Position numbers and translations under genes: made by a program. A DNA stretch of 64,000 nucleotides from Hyphomonadaceae bacterium (GTDB lineage Bacteria > Pseudomonadota > Alphaproteobacteria > Caulobacterales > Hyphomonadaceae): contig OZ257144.1 in NCBI GenBank assembly GCA_965279205.1, positions 2,415,499-2,479,498 of the forward strand, written 5' to 3'. This document shows, in pieces, positions 54,037 through 62,664 of this stretch; position 1 is the first letter of the stretch; every line of letters starts with the position of its first letter. The notes below the pieces were generated by a model. It had not been told where the DNA came from. It worked only from the letters and a program-made list of their open reading frames with translations, and did not search any database.

Positions 54037-56685
54037 TTAGAAGGTGCCGTCCCCAAGTGTCAATTCATCCTTGGGCTTGTTCGGGTCCACAGGCTGCGGG
54101 TTGTTGGGATCCAGCGGGTTGGCCGCCACATCCGTCCCCGGCGTCGCCAGCGTCTGCCCGTCCGGCGTCGACGGCGCGCTCTCGTCGCCCGCCCGCACCT
54201 GCGAGCGGTCGACCCGATAGCCCTCGCCGCCTCCGCCAACCGCACAGCGGTCGGTTGGGCCGGTGCCCGGCTTGAAGGCCTCGAGGATGATCAGGCGCGT
54301 ATCCGGCGCCGGCAGGCAACCCGAGTCCGCGTCGATCTCCATCATCTCCACACCCGACGGGATACGGAACGGCAGGGCCGGACGATCCTTGAGCGCCGCC
54401 AGCATGAAGTCACGGAACACTGGCGCGGCCTGGCGTCCGCCGCTCTCGCCTTCGCCCATGTTCTTCGGCGCGTCGAAGCCGAACCACACGCCGACAACCA
54501 GGTCAGGGCTGAAGCCGACCGTCCATGCGTCGACATAGTCGTTGGTCGTACCGGTCTTCGCGGCCAGCGGCTTGCCGACCGAGCGCACGACCGTCGCCGT
54601 ACCGCGCTCGACCACGCCCTCGAGAATCGACACCATCTGATAAGCCGTCACCGGGTCCATCAGCTGCTTGCGCTCGTCCGGCAGCGCCGGCGGCTGCATG
54701 CCCGACTTCCACTCCGCGTTGCATCCCTCACACGGTCGCTGGTCGGTGCGATAGACGGTCTGGCCATAGCGGTTCTGGATCCGGTCGAACATCACCGGCT
54801 TCACCTGCTTGCCGCCATTCACGAGCTCGGCATAGGCGGTCACCATCCGCATCGGCGTGGTTTCGCCCGCGCCCAGGGACATGGCTTCATAGGCCGGCAG
54901 CTTGTCGTAGATGCCCATGCGCTCACCCATCTCCGACACCCGCTCGAGGCCGATGTCGTTGGCAAGGCGCACGGTCATCGCGTTCTTCGACGTCTCGACG
55001 CCGAACCGCAGCGTGGAGAGGCCGTAGAACTGCTCTGAATAGTTGGAAGGCTTGTAGCATTCCGCCTGCGTCGGGTCGCAGGACACGTACGGCGCGTCGA
55101 GCACGCGGCTCGACGGCGTCCATTTGTAGTGACCCTGGTCGTCCTTCGCATCAATGGCGGCTGCATAGACGAACGGCTTGAAAGCCGAACCCGGCTGGCG
55201 CTTGGCCTGCATGGCCCGGTTGAACTGGCTGCGCTGGAAGGAATAGCCACCGGTCATCGCGAACACGCGGCCCGTGTGCGGGTCCATCGCCACCAGCGCA
55301 CCCTGCAGGTTCGGAATCTGGCGCAGGCGCCACGGCGCATTGTTCGCGCCCTTCTTCGGCACGCCATAGTCGGTGATAAGCTGCGTCGACACATCCGGCG
55401 TCGGCTCACGCGATACGAAGATGATGTCGCCTGCCTTGATGCCCGTGCCGCCGCCTTCGCGCTTGTACGGCGCGGCCCATTTCACGTCGTCCGCGCTCAG
55501 CGTGCCGGTATCGCCGCTCAACAGGCCCAGCCGCACGCCATCCTTGCTCGCAGAGCGAACGAGCGCGACCTGCCAGGTATTGCCGGCGCCCGCGATCTTC
55601 GGCTGATTGTCCTTGGCGTTGGCGTAGTCCTTCAACGCCTGCTCAAAATCCTCGGTCACGTCGATCTTGCCGATCGAGCCGCGGAAGCCGTGACGACGGT
55701 CATAGGTTTCGAGGCCAGCTCGCAACACCGTCTGCGCGATCAGCTGCAGGTTGGAATCCAGCGTCGAACGGATCGACAGCCCGCCCTCGTAGAACGCCTT
55801 CTGCGCTTCCTGCTCGTTGCTGAAGCCTTCGAGCTTGCCGTCCTTGCCCAGCTTCAGGATGTCCCGGCGCAGCTCTTCCACATAGTAGGCCGCTGCCTGG
55901 TTCTCGTCGGTGTCGAGGCGGTCGACCACTTTGAGCGGCTCGGCCAGCGCCTTGTCGCCGGTAGCCTTGTCGACATAGCCGTTGGCGACCATGCGCTCGA
56001 TCACATAGTTGCGGCGGTTGATGGCGGCTTCGGGGTTGTTGTACGGGTTGGCGCGTCCGGGCAGCTGCGCCAGTCCCGCCAGCATCGCGCATTCAGCGAG
56101 CGTCATGTTGCCCAGCGACTTGCCGAAATAGTTCAGCGCCGCGGCGCCCACGCCATACGAGCGTCCGCCGAGATAGATCTCGTTCATGTAGAGTTCGAGG
56201 ATCTGCTCCTTCGACAGCTTCTTCTCGATCCGCATCGCGAGCACGGCCTCGCGCACCTTGCGCTCCGCCGACCGATCGTCGCCGACCAGCATGTTCTTCA
56301 CCACCTGTTGGGTGATCGTCGAGCCGCCAGTCTGCTTCTTACCCATCAGCGGGTTCAGCACCACGCCGCGGAACATGCCCCACAGGTCGATGCCGGAGTG
56401 TTCGAAGAAGGTCTTGTCCTCGGCCGAGATGAAGGCCTGCACCAGCTGGTCGGGCAGCTCTTCTGACGGAACATAGACGCGGTGCTGCGTAGCGAATTCC
56501 GCCACCAGTTTGCCATCGCCAGCATGCACGCGACTCATGATCGGCGGCTCGTAGTTCGCCAGTTCGTCCTCGGACGGCAGGTTCTGCGTCACGATGAAGA
56601 ACCAGGTCAGCGCGACGAGGAAGCTGATGCCGATGAATCCGGCAATCCCGATCAGGATCGTCTTCAGGTTTAATCTGAACTGCAT
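54037..56685 (-). CDS. mrcA: Penicillin-binding protein 1A (bifunctional glycosyltransferase/transpeptidase)
   Basis: 882 aa. GT51 motifs (EDKTFFEHSGID, GGSTITQQ), transpeptidase SxxK (SAFKP), Pro-rich tail. Confidence 0.9.
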   Translation of the reverse strand: MQFRLNLKTILIGIAGFIGISFLVALTWFFIVTQNLPSEDELANYEPPIMSRVHAGDGKLVAEFATQHRVYVPSEELPDQLVQAFISAEDKTFFEHSGIDLWGMFRGVVLNPLMGKKQTGGSTITQQVVKNMLVGDDRSAERKVREAVLAMRIEKKLSKEQILELYMNEIYLGGRSYGVGAAALNYFGKSLGNMTLAECAMLAGLAQLPGRANPYNNPEAAINRRNYVIERMVANGYVDKATGDKALAEPLKVVDRLDTDENQAAAYYVEELRRDILKLGKDGKLEGFSNEQEAQKAFYEGGLSIRSTLDSNLQLIAQTVLRAGLETYDRRHGFRGSIGKIDVTEDFEQALKDYANAKDNQPKIAGAGNTWQVALVRSASKDGVRLGLLSGDTGTLSADDVKWAAPYKREGGGTGIKAGDIIFVSREPTPDVSTQLITDYGVPKKGANNAPWRLRQIPNLQGALVAMDPHTGRVFAMTGGYSFQRSQFNRAMQAKRQPGSAFKPFVYAAAIDAKDDQGHYKWTPSSRVLDAPYVSCDPTQAECYKPSNYSEQFYGLSTLRFGVETSKNAMTVRLANDIGLERVSEMGERMGIYDKLPAYEAMSLGAGETTPMRMVTAYAELVNGGKQVKPVMFDRIQNRYGQTVYRTDQRPCEGCNAEWKSGMQPPALPDERKQLMDPVTAYQMVSILEGVVERGTATVVRSVGKPLAAKTGTTNDYVDAWTVGFSPDLVVGVWFGFDAPKNMGEGESGGRQAAPVFRDFMLAALKDRPALPFRIPSGVEMMEIDADSGCLPAPDTRLIILEAFKPGTGPTDRCAVGGGGEGYRVDRSQVRAGDESAPSTPDGQTLATPGTDVAANPLDPNNPQPVDPNKPKDELTLGDGTF

Positions 56686-56913
56686 GTCTCACCGGCTGTG
56701 CGCCACGGGGCGCTGGAACAAGGCAATGGCCCGGAATCCGCCAAGGCGGACCACGATCCGGAATCACCGAGATTTACGACCACTTTAAGGCGCGGACTCC
56801 GGCGGCAACAGGGCCGTTTCGGGTTAAACTCAGCCCATCTTCGTTAGCTGATCGTTTATGGCTGCGACGCCCAGTCGCGGCGGCCTGTTCAGCCCCACCC
56901 GGTACGCACTTGC

Positions 56914-58110
56914 CTATCTGGCCGCCACCATCCTGGTCTGCGTATCGAAGAACGCGTCGATGGCGTGGGCAACGCCCGCCACCAGCTTGCCGCGCTTCGC
57001 TTCCGACGTCATCGCCGCCGCGTCCTTGTCGTTGGTCATGAACCCCATTTCTAGCAGCGCCGCCGGCACATCCGGGCTCAGCAGCACGTAGAAGCCTTTC
57101 TTCCGGTGCGTGTTCTGCAGTGTCGGCCAGCCCGCCTCCTGCAGCGACGGCGTCAGCATCTGCGCGAACCGCGCCGACTGGTTCTTGGTCTCGCGCTGCA
57201 CCAGGTCGGCGAGAATCTGGTTCACCTCCTCCGGCCGCGAGGAATCCACCTCGACGTCGAGGATCCAGTCGTTCTTGTGCCGCGCCGCATCCACACGCTT
57301 CTCGCCCTCGAGCGACAGCGTATAGACCGATGCGCCGCTGGTGGCTGCATTGGCGCCTGCGTCCGCATGCAGCGCGATGAACAGGTCCGCGCCCAGGTTG
57401 CGCGCCTTGGTCACCCGGTCTTCCAGCTCGATGAACACATCCGTCGACCGCGTCAGCGCCACGTCATAGCGCTGCGATTTCAGCAGCTCATCCCGCAATG
57501 CGATCGCCGTCGCCAGCGTGATGTCCTTTTCCTTGAGGCCCGACTTCGAACTCGCCCCCGGATCCTTCCCGCCATGCCCCGGATCGATCACGATCAGCGG
57601 CTTGCGCGCGACCTGCTGCGCCACTGGCTGTGGCCCGGACTTTTCGCTCGACGCTGCATCCGCAAAGGCATCGGCCGAAGCCGGATCAAGGTCCAGCACG
57701 ATGCGATGCGTCTCGTCAGTTCCTTTTGGCGCCAGCACGAACTCGCGCGACACCAGCGCTGGCTTCGCCAGATCCAGCACCAGCCGCGACGTCGTCGCCG
57801 TATTCTGGGCATAGCGATAGCCCGAGACAACGCCGCTGCCCTTGCCCGAACCTGACTCCGAGGTCAGCCCGCCGATCGACCAGCGCACGCGCGGCAGGTC
57901 CACCACCACGCGCTGCGTCCCGGCCGACAGAAGGAAGACATGATATTTGAGAGCCGCGTCGGACTCGATCACGACGCGCGTTGCTGTCCCTTCGCCGCCG
58001 AACCGCACCGACAGCACCCGCCCCACAGGCGGATCCGCCAGCGCGGGGCCGGAGCTCGCCAGGACGCACAGCCCCAGCACCGACAGCAATGTAAGGAACA
58101 ACCCACGCAC
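56914..58110 (-). CDS. amiC: N-acetylmuramoyl-L-alanine amidase (AMIN + Amidase_3)
   Basis: 398 aa. Signal peptide, AMIN-like N-domain, IVIDPGHGGKDPGA and FIALHADA motifs. Confidence 0.85.
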   Translation of the reverse strand: MRGLFLTLLSVLGLCVLASSGPALADPPVGRVLSVRFGGEGTATRVVIESDAALKYHVFLLSAGTQRVVVDLPRVRWSIGGLTSESGSGKGSGVVSGYRYAQNTATTSRLVLDLAKPALVSREFVLAPKGTDETHRIVLDLDPASADAFADAASSEKSGPQPVAQQVARKPLIVIDPGHGGKDPGASSKSGLKEKDITLATAIALRDELLKSQRYDVALTRSTDVFIELEDRVTKARNLGADLFIALHADAGANAATSGASVYTLSLEGEKRVDAARHKNDWILDVEVDSSRPEEVNQILADLVQRETKNQSARFAQMLTPSLQEAGWPTLQNTHRKKGFYVLLSPDVPAALLEMGFMTNDKDAAAMTSEAKRGKLVAGVAHAIDAFFDTQTRMVAAR

Positions 58111-58252
58111 GTCCGTCCGCGCCCTTTTGGTAGCGAATGACCAAAGTCGTTGCGGCCTTCTGGCCAGCCTTAACCCCTAGCCTTGCAGCCTTAACGTTTC
58201 GTTCAGCCAGACCCGAAGGCCTGCCTGTCAGGACGCGTCTCCGTCAGAAATG

Positions 58253-59878
58253 CTATTTCCCGCCCGGCTCCAGCTTCATCAGCACACTGTCGGCGCCCTC
58301 GTCGGTAATGACGTAGAGATAGCCGTCCGGGCTCTGTTCGATGTCGCGGATGCGCTGGTGAAGGTCGAGCAGCAGCATCTCGCTGCGCACGACTTCCCAG
58401 TTCTCGTTGAACACGATGCGCTCGATATGCCCCGTCCGAGGCGAATTGCTCATCCGCATGGCGCCAACGAACAGGTTGCGTTTCCATCCCGGGAACTTGT
58501 CGCCGGTGTAGAACAGCATTCCGCCTGGCGCGATCGACGGCACGTAGGAGATATGCGGCCGCGTCATCCCGTCCTTGTAAGGAACCGGCGCCACCTTCGT
58601 GCCGGAATAGTAGCGGCCGTCGCTTATGACCGGCCAGCCATAGTTCTGTCCGGCGCGCAGAATGTTGACCTCGTCGCCGCCCTGCGGGCCGTGCTCGGAT
58701 ACCCAGAACTCGTTGGTCCACGGATTGAGCGTCATGCCGAGATTGACGCGATGGCCGAGCGTGAAGATTTCGGGATTGTAGCCTTGCTTGCCGATGAACG
58801 GATTGTCTTTCGGAACCGTGCCGTCATCGTTGAGGCGTAGCGTCTTGCCGGCGTAGTCGCCGGGAAGCTGGGCGCGGCCGATCGAGTCGTCGGTGCCGAC
58901 GCCCGGACAGCCGATCGTGAAGTAAAGCTTGCCGTCCGTGCCGAACATCATCTTGGTGTAGAGCGCATCGACATCGTCGGAGACGAAGATGTCCTTGCCG
59001 TCGACGATCTCCTTGCCGTTCCAGCGCCCGCGGAAGATGGCGTTGTTGCCGTACTCGCCGCGCGCGGGCTTGTGGTAGGAAAGATAGATCAGGCCGTTGC
59101 TCGCGAATTGCGGGTGCAGCTTGATGTCCATGAACCCGGTCGCCGTGCCGAGCACCGCGACCTTGGGCGTGCCGGCGATGGAGTTAGGATCGAGCTTGCT
59201 GTCCCGCACGATGCGAAGGCTGCCCGCGCGCTCCGCGATCAGCACCTCGCCCGTGGGAAGGAACTCGATCGCGCGCGGCGATGTCAGCCCGCGCGCAACG
59301 ACGGAGACGCGCAGATCGCGCTGTTCCCAGGATTCGAACTGGAACGGCCCATCGCCCAGTTTCGGCGCGGCCCACGCAGGCGGTCGCGGTCCATCGGCGT
59401 TATCGCGCTCAGCGCGGATGCGGCGGGCCGGATAAGAAATGCCTTCGATATAGGCCGCCCGGTTTCGTCCCGTGGGATCCGTGCTCGTATCCGCCGCGGC
59501 TAGCTGCCTGCGCATTTCGGGCGACGCGGTGAGGAAGGCGATGACATGAGTGCGCTGCTGTTCATTCAGCATCCCCGCCTGCAGCTTCATCAGGCCGTCC
59601 TTGCTGAGGGCGGTCGAGACGCGGTCACGACCGAGGTTCTGCAGCTCCGTGAGGACCGGCGCAGTTTCGTCGCCGCCATTGTGGCAGGCGGCACAAAAGG
59701 TCGTGTAGACCTGCAGTCCTGCGACTTCCGGCGATCCTGCCGCAACCATTGCGGCGGGAACTCCTGGCAACGCGCCTGCCTGTTCGGCGGCTGGCGCGGT
59801 CGAACTGCAGGCGGCCAGCGCAAGAGCAGACGCAACAATCAGGACTGACAGACTCTTCATGGAAGCCCCCGGGGTCAT
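58253..59878 (-). CDS. PQQ-dependent sugar (glucose/sorbosone-type) dehydrogenase with N-terminal cytochrome c domain
   Basis: 541 aa. Lipobox LALAAC (the start may be MKSLS at 59860), CAACH heme motif, and a beta-propeller GSDH-like body (GFMDIKLHPQFASNGLIYLSY). Confidence 0.75.
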   Translation of the reverse strand: MTPGASMKSLSVLIVASALALAACSSTAPAAEQAGALPGVPAAMVAAGSPEVAGLQVYTTFCAACHNGGDETAPVLTELQNLGRDRVSTALSKDGLMKLQAGMLNEQQRTHVIAFLTASPEMRRQLAAADTSTDPTGRNRAAYIEGISYPARRIRAERDNADGPRPPAWAAPKLGDGPFQFESWEQRDLRVSVVARGLTSPRAIEFLPTGEVLIAERAGSLRIVRDSKLDPNSIAGTPKVAVLGTATGFMDIKLHPQFASNGLIYLSYHKPARGEYGNNAIFRGRWNGKEIVDGKDIFVSDDVDALYTKMMFGTDGKLYFTIGCPGVGTDDSIGRAQLPGDYAGKTLRLNDDGTVPKDNPFIGKQGYNPEIFTLGHRVNLGMTLNPWTNEFWVSEHGPQGGDEVNILRAGQNYGWPVISDGRYYSGTKVAPVPYKDGMTRPHISYVPSIAPGGMLFYTGDKFPGWKRNLFVGAMRMSNSPRTGHIERIVFNENWEVVRSEMLLLDLHQRIRDIEQSPDGYLYVITDEGADSVLMKLEPGGK

Positions 59879-59945
59879 CGATGACCCATAAAAGGCGGAA
59901 ACCCGCGTCCAGTCACGCTGCGCTGCGGCAGAACCGGTCGTTCAG

Positions 59946-60785
59946 CTAGGCCTCGGATTTGTCGCCAGCCCGATAGTCACCGTAATCCCCGTCGCGAGCA
60001 TTCAGACCTTTCGTTACGCCTTCGCGGAATTGCGCAAACATTGCTCGGGAACTCTCTGTTGTAAGCGCCAGCGCCTGGATCTCGGCGCCTGCCCGCACAG
60101 CTGCGCGCAGCCCCATGATCTCCATCGCGCGGTGCACGGAGCGCTTGTTCATCTGCTGCACGTCGGTCGGAATCTTCGCAATGCGCTGCGCTATCGCCAG
60201 CACCTCGCTTTCCAGCGCGGCCGCCGGAAACGCCCGGTTTGCGAACCCGACGCGCACGGCTTCATGGCCGTCCATCGCATCGCCGGTCAGCATCATTTCC
60301 ATCGCGGGCCGCAATCCGCAATACCAAGCGTGGAACTGGTTGTCGGGCGGGCTCATGCCGCGCACCGGCGGATAGCCGATCTGCGCATCCTCCGCGACGT
60401 ACATGAGATCGCACGCCGCCGCTAGCTCAGAACCGCCCGCCAGGCACCACCCGTGAACCTGCGCGATCACCGGCTTGGCCAGGTCCCAGATGCGAAAGCA
60501 GCCCTCGACCACATGACGCGCCCACTGCCCTGCGCCCGATGCGGTTTGAAACGGCAGAGGCTGGCGGGCGCCTTCGACGGAAAGATCGTAACCGGCCGAG
60601 AAGCACGTTCCGGCGCCGCGTATGATGATGACGCGGACAGCCTCATCGCGATCGGCCGCCTCGAGCGCCGCGAACAGTTCGCGCCGCAGGTCGTTGGAAA
60701 GCGCGTTTCGCTTATCAGGCCGGTTGAGCGTGAGACGCCGGACATGTGGAAGAGGATCGTCGCTCAAGAGCAGATCATCGGCCAT
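59946..60785 (-). CDS. Enoyl-CoA hydratase/isomerase (crotonase) family protein
   Basis: ORF 59946..60821, trimmed to MADDLLL. LTLNRPDKRNAL...VIIIRGAGTCFSAGYDL. Confidence 0.85.
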   Translation of the reverse strand: MADDLLLSDDPLPHVRRLTLNRPDKRNALSNDLRRELFAALEAADRDEAVRVIIIRGAGTCFSAGYDLSVEGARQPLPFQTASGAGQWARHVVEGCFRIWDLAKPVIAQVHGWCLAGGSELAAACDLMYVAEDAQIGYPPVRGMSPPDNQFHAWYCGLRPAMEMMLTGDAMDGHEAVRVGFANRAFPAAALESEVLAIAQRIAKIPTDVQQMNKRSVHRAMEIMGLRAAVRAGAEIQALALTTESSRAMFAQFREGVTKGLNARDGDYGDYRAGDKSEA

Positions 60786-60964
60786 CTTGAATCCCTCCAG
60801 ACAGGACAACTGTTCGCGCACCGGCAGATCCTACCGCGAGCGAAACGATCCTGTCGCTATCGCTTCGATAGGCCGCAAACTCAAACAGTACTCGACTCGA
60901 TGCTCGATTTCGGCTGTTCTGGCCTCGCATCGCTGGCGGGGCGTGCAACGCGAGTACTCCTGCC

Positions 60965-61435
60965 ATGAAAGCTGCGTTCCTGACATTTCTGGTGATCGCC
61001 CTGCTGGCCGCCTGCGCGTCCGGTCCCCTGACCCTTGATGACGACCTAGTGGTGCCGGGCGAGCGCGTCGGCGAAGTACAGATTGGAATGCCGCTGGCTA
61101 CCCTTCTCGCCGTGAAGGGCACGCCCATGAAGACGGTGCCGATCAGCGGCTCCGACGCCACCAGCTATACCTTCCAGGATGGCCTCACAGTCGGCGCCCA
61201 CGACCAAGTCTACTGGATCATCGCCGAGGATGCCCGTTTCCACACCGCCACAGGCGTTCGCCCCGGCGTCGAGCAGATCTTCGCCCGCGCCTCGCTCGGC
61301 AAACCCGGCTGCGTCGTCACCAAGGACGACCAGACCACCTACGACTACGGAAACCTCTACTTCCGCGTCGACAACGAAACCGGCAGGGTGAAGCAACTGG
61401 GCGTCCTCAAGGAAACCCAGACCTGCAAGCACTGA
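60965..61435 (+). CDS. Hypothetical lipoprotein
   Basis: 156 aa, lipobox LLAAC, no recognised domain. Confidence 0.5.
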   Translation: MKAAFLTFLVIALLAACASGPLTLDDDLVVPGERVGEVQIGMPLATLLAVKGTPMKTVPISGSDATSYTFQDGLTVGAHDQVYWIIAEDARFHTATGVRPGVEQIFARASLGKPGCVVTKDDQTTYDYGNLYFRVDNETGRVKQLGVLKETQTCKH

Positions 61436-61554
61436 AGCGCAACCCCGGTACGACCCCAGCCACCGCCATTCTCGGGTAAGCGAAGCGCATCCCGAGAAGC
61501 TCGGTTCGAGCAGCAGCCGGACTGACTGTCTATCCCGCCGCCTCAAGAACCAGG

Positions 61555-61577
61555 ATTCTCGGCACCAGGCCGAGAAT
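61555..61577 (-). terminator. Stem-loop downstream of vapC
   Basis: ATTCTCGGC-N5-GCCGAGAAT, a perfect 9-bp stem 45 nt past the vapC stop. Confidence 0.4.
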
Positions 61578-61621
61578 GACTCCGCTGGTGTAGCGCCACA
61601 TCCCGCCTCCCGGCCCGGCGC

Positions 61622-62008
61622 CTAAGCCAGAGCGGAACCGACATCCGTTTGCGAGAAGTCGTTGCCGACAAAGAGCAACGGGCAGGCTTTCTCGATTGCA
61701 AGCGCGTACGCAAAGCAGTCGCCAAAGCCGAGGCTGGCCGGGTGAACGCCCTTGCCCCATCGATCGTAGGCGTCTGCCACGAGTTGCGCCGCTCCTTGTG
61801 TAACGGGAACGACTTCCATTCCCAGCGCTTCGATCAGACCATGTACGAGATCGCCAATACCGCGCCGCCGCGCCACTATGTGGGTTTCTGCTAGCGTCCC
61901 TGCTGAGATCAGCAGCTGGCCGCCATCGTTTATGGCGGCGCGGATTTTACCGGCTGGTGGCTCTCCGAGCGCCATCGCCATCAGCGCCGAGGTGTCGATG
62001 ACAATCAC
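61622..62008 (-). CDS. vapC: Type II toxin VapC (PIN-domain ribonuclease)
   Basis: 128 aa. MIVIDTSALMAM (first acidic PIN residue), later conserved D residues. 4-nt overlap with the antitoxin gene. Confidence 0.85.
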   Translation of the reverse strand: MIVIDTSALMAMALGEPPAGKIRAAINDGGQLLISAGTLAETHIVARRRGIGDLVHGLIEALGMEVVPVTQGAAQLVADAYDRWGKGVHPASLGFGDCFAYALAIEKACPLLFVGNDFSQTDVGSALA

Positions 62009-62262
62009 TTCGGCAGGCCGTCGTCATCATAGAGGAAGTCCGCCGCGTGCGCGGCGTCCGGTCCCGGCAGGATGTACTTGGCCGCCCGCTCTTGAAACTC
62101 GCGGATGATTTTCTCCCGCTCGCCGGGCGTGGTTTGCGCCTGCACAGCCCTCAACTCCGCGACCGGCTTGTCGTGACGGGTAAGCACGATCTCCTCACCG
62201 GCCTCGGCGCGACGCACGAGTTCGGTCAGTTGGGCTTTGGCATCGGTGACTGAAATACGCAT
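62005..62262 (-). CDS. Type II antitoxin, Phd/YefM family (VapB role)
   Basis: ORF 62005..62304, trimmed to MRISVTDAKAQLTELVRRAEAGEEIVLTRHDKPVAELRAV, the typical Phd/YefM N-terminus. Confidence 0.8.
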   Translation of the reverse strand: MRISVTDAKAQLTELVRRAEAGEEIVLTRHDKPVAELRAVQAQTTPGEREKIIREFQERAAKYILPGPDAAHAADFLYDDDGLPK

Positions 62263-62282
62263 GAGCGCTCCTCGAGAGATAA

Positions 62283-62304
62283 AATGGTCCATCCAATGGT
62301 CCAT
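62283..62304. repeat. Tandem 10-bp direct repeat upstream of the antitoxin gene (candidate operator)
   Basis: AATGGTCCAT-CC-AATGGTCCAT, 21-42 nt upstream of the chosen antitoxin ATG. Confidence 0.5.
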
Positions 62305-62664
62305 TTCAAGGCGAGAAATCGTTAATAGACGGAACGTGGTGTTTTACTTGTGCTCCCTTTCCCTGCGCGGGCAATGCGTGCATAGGTGAGTCCGTGGCCC
62401 ACCTGACAGGCGGGCCCAAGCGCCCATAGCGACGGTTTTCCGAAATACCGATTTCGCAGAAGGCGTTAGCCGGGTTCGAGCGTATTCCGGAGGTCTGCGG
62501 TCACGCTGCCTCCATGGTCAGGACAATTATGAACGCGTCTCCGCGATTTTCAGTCGGTCTGACCGGACGCCGAGCCTCCCTTATCCGTGAATATTCCCGC
62601 ATTTCGCAGGCTGGATCCGCGCCCGTGCGCGCCGCCCGCATTACAGACAAAGAGGTTCTTCTAC

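Noticed and set aside
58165-58195. CtrA-type boxes (TTAA-N7-TTAA) at the amiC repeats and at TTAATAGACGGAAC (62321..62334).
   Set aside because: Spacing between the TTAA elements is 17 nt, not 7, at amiC. The second half-site is missing at 62321.
60845-60880. CTATCG-CTT-CGATAG palindrome and GATCCT direct repeats in the divergent region between the enoyl-CoA hydratase gene and the lipoprotein gene, a possible repressor operator.
   Set aside because: Short (6-bp arms), no regulator gene nearby, and such a palindrome is expected by chance in 64 kb.
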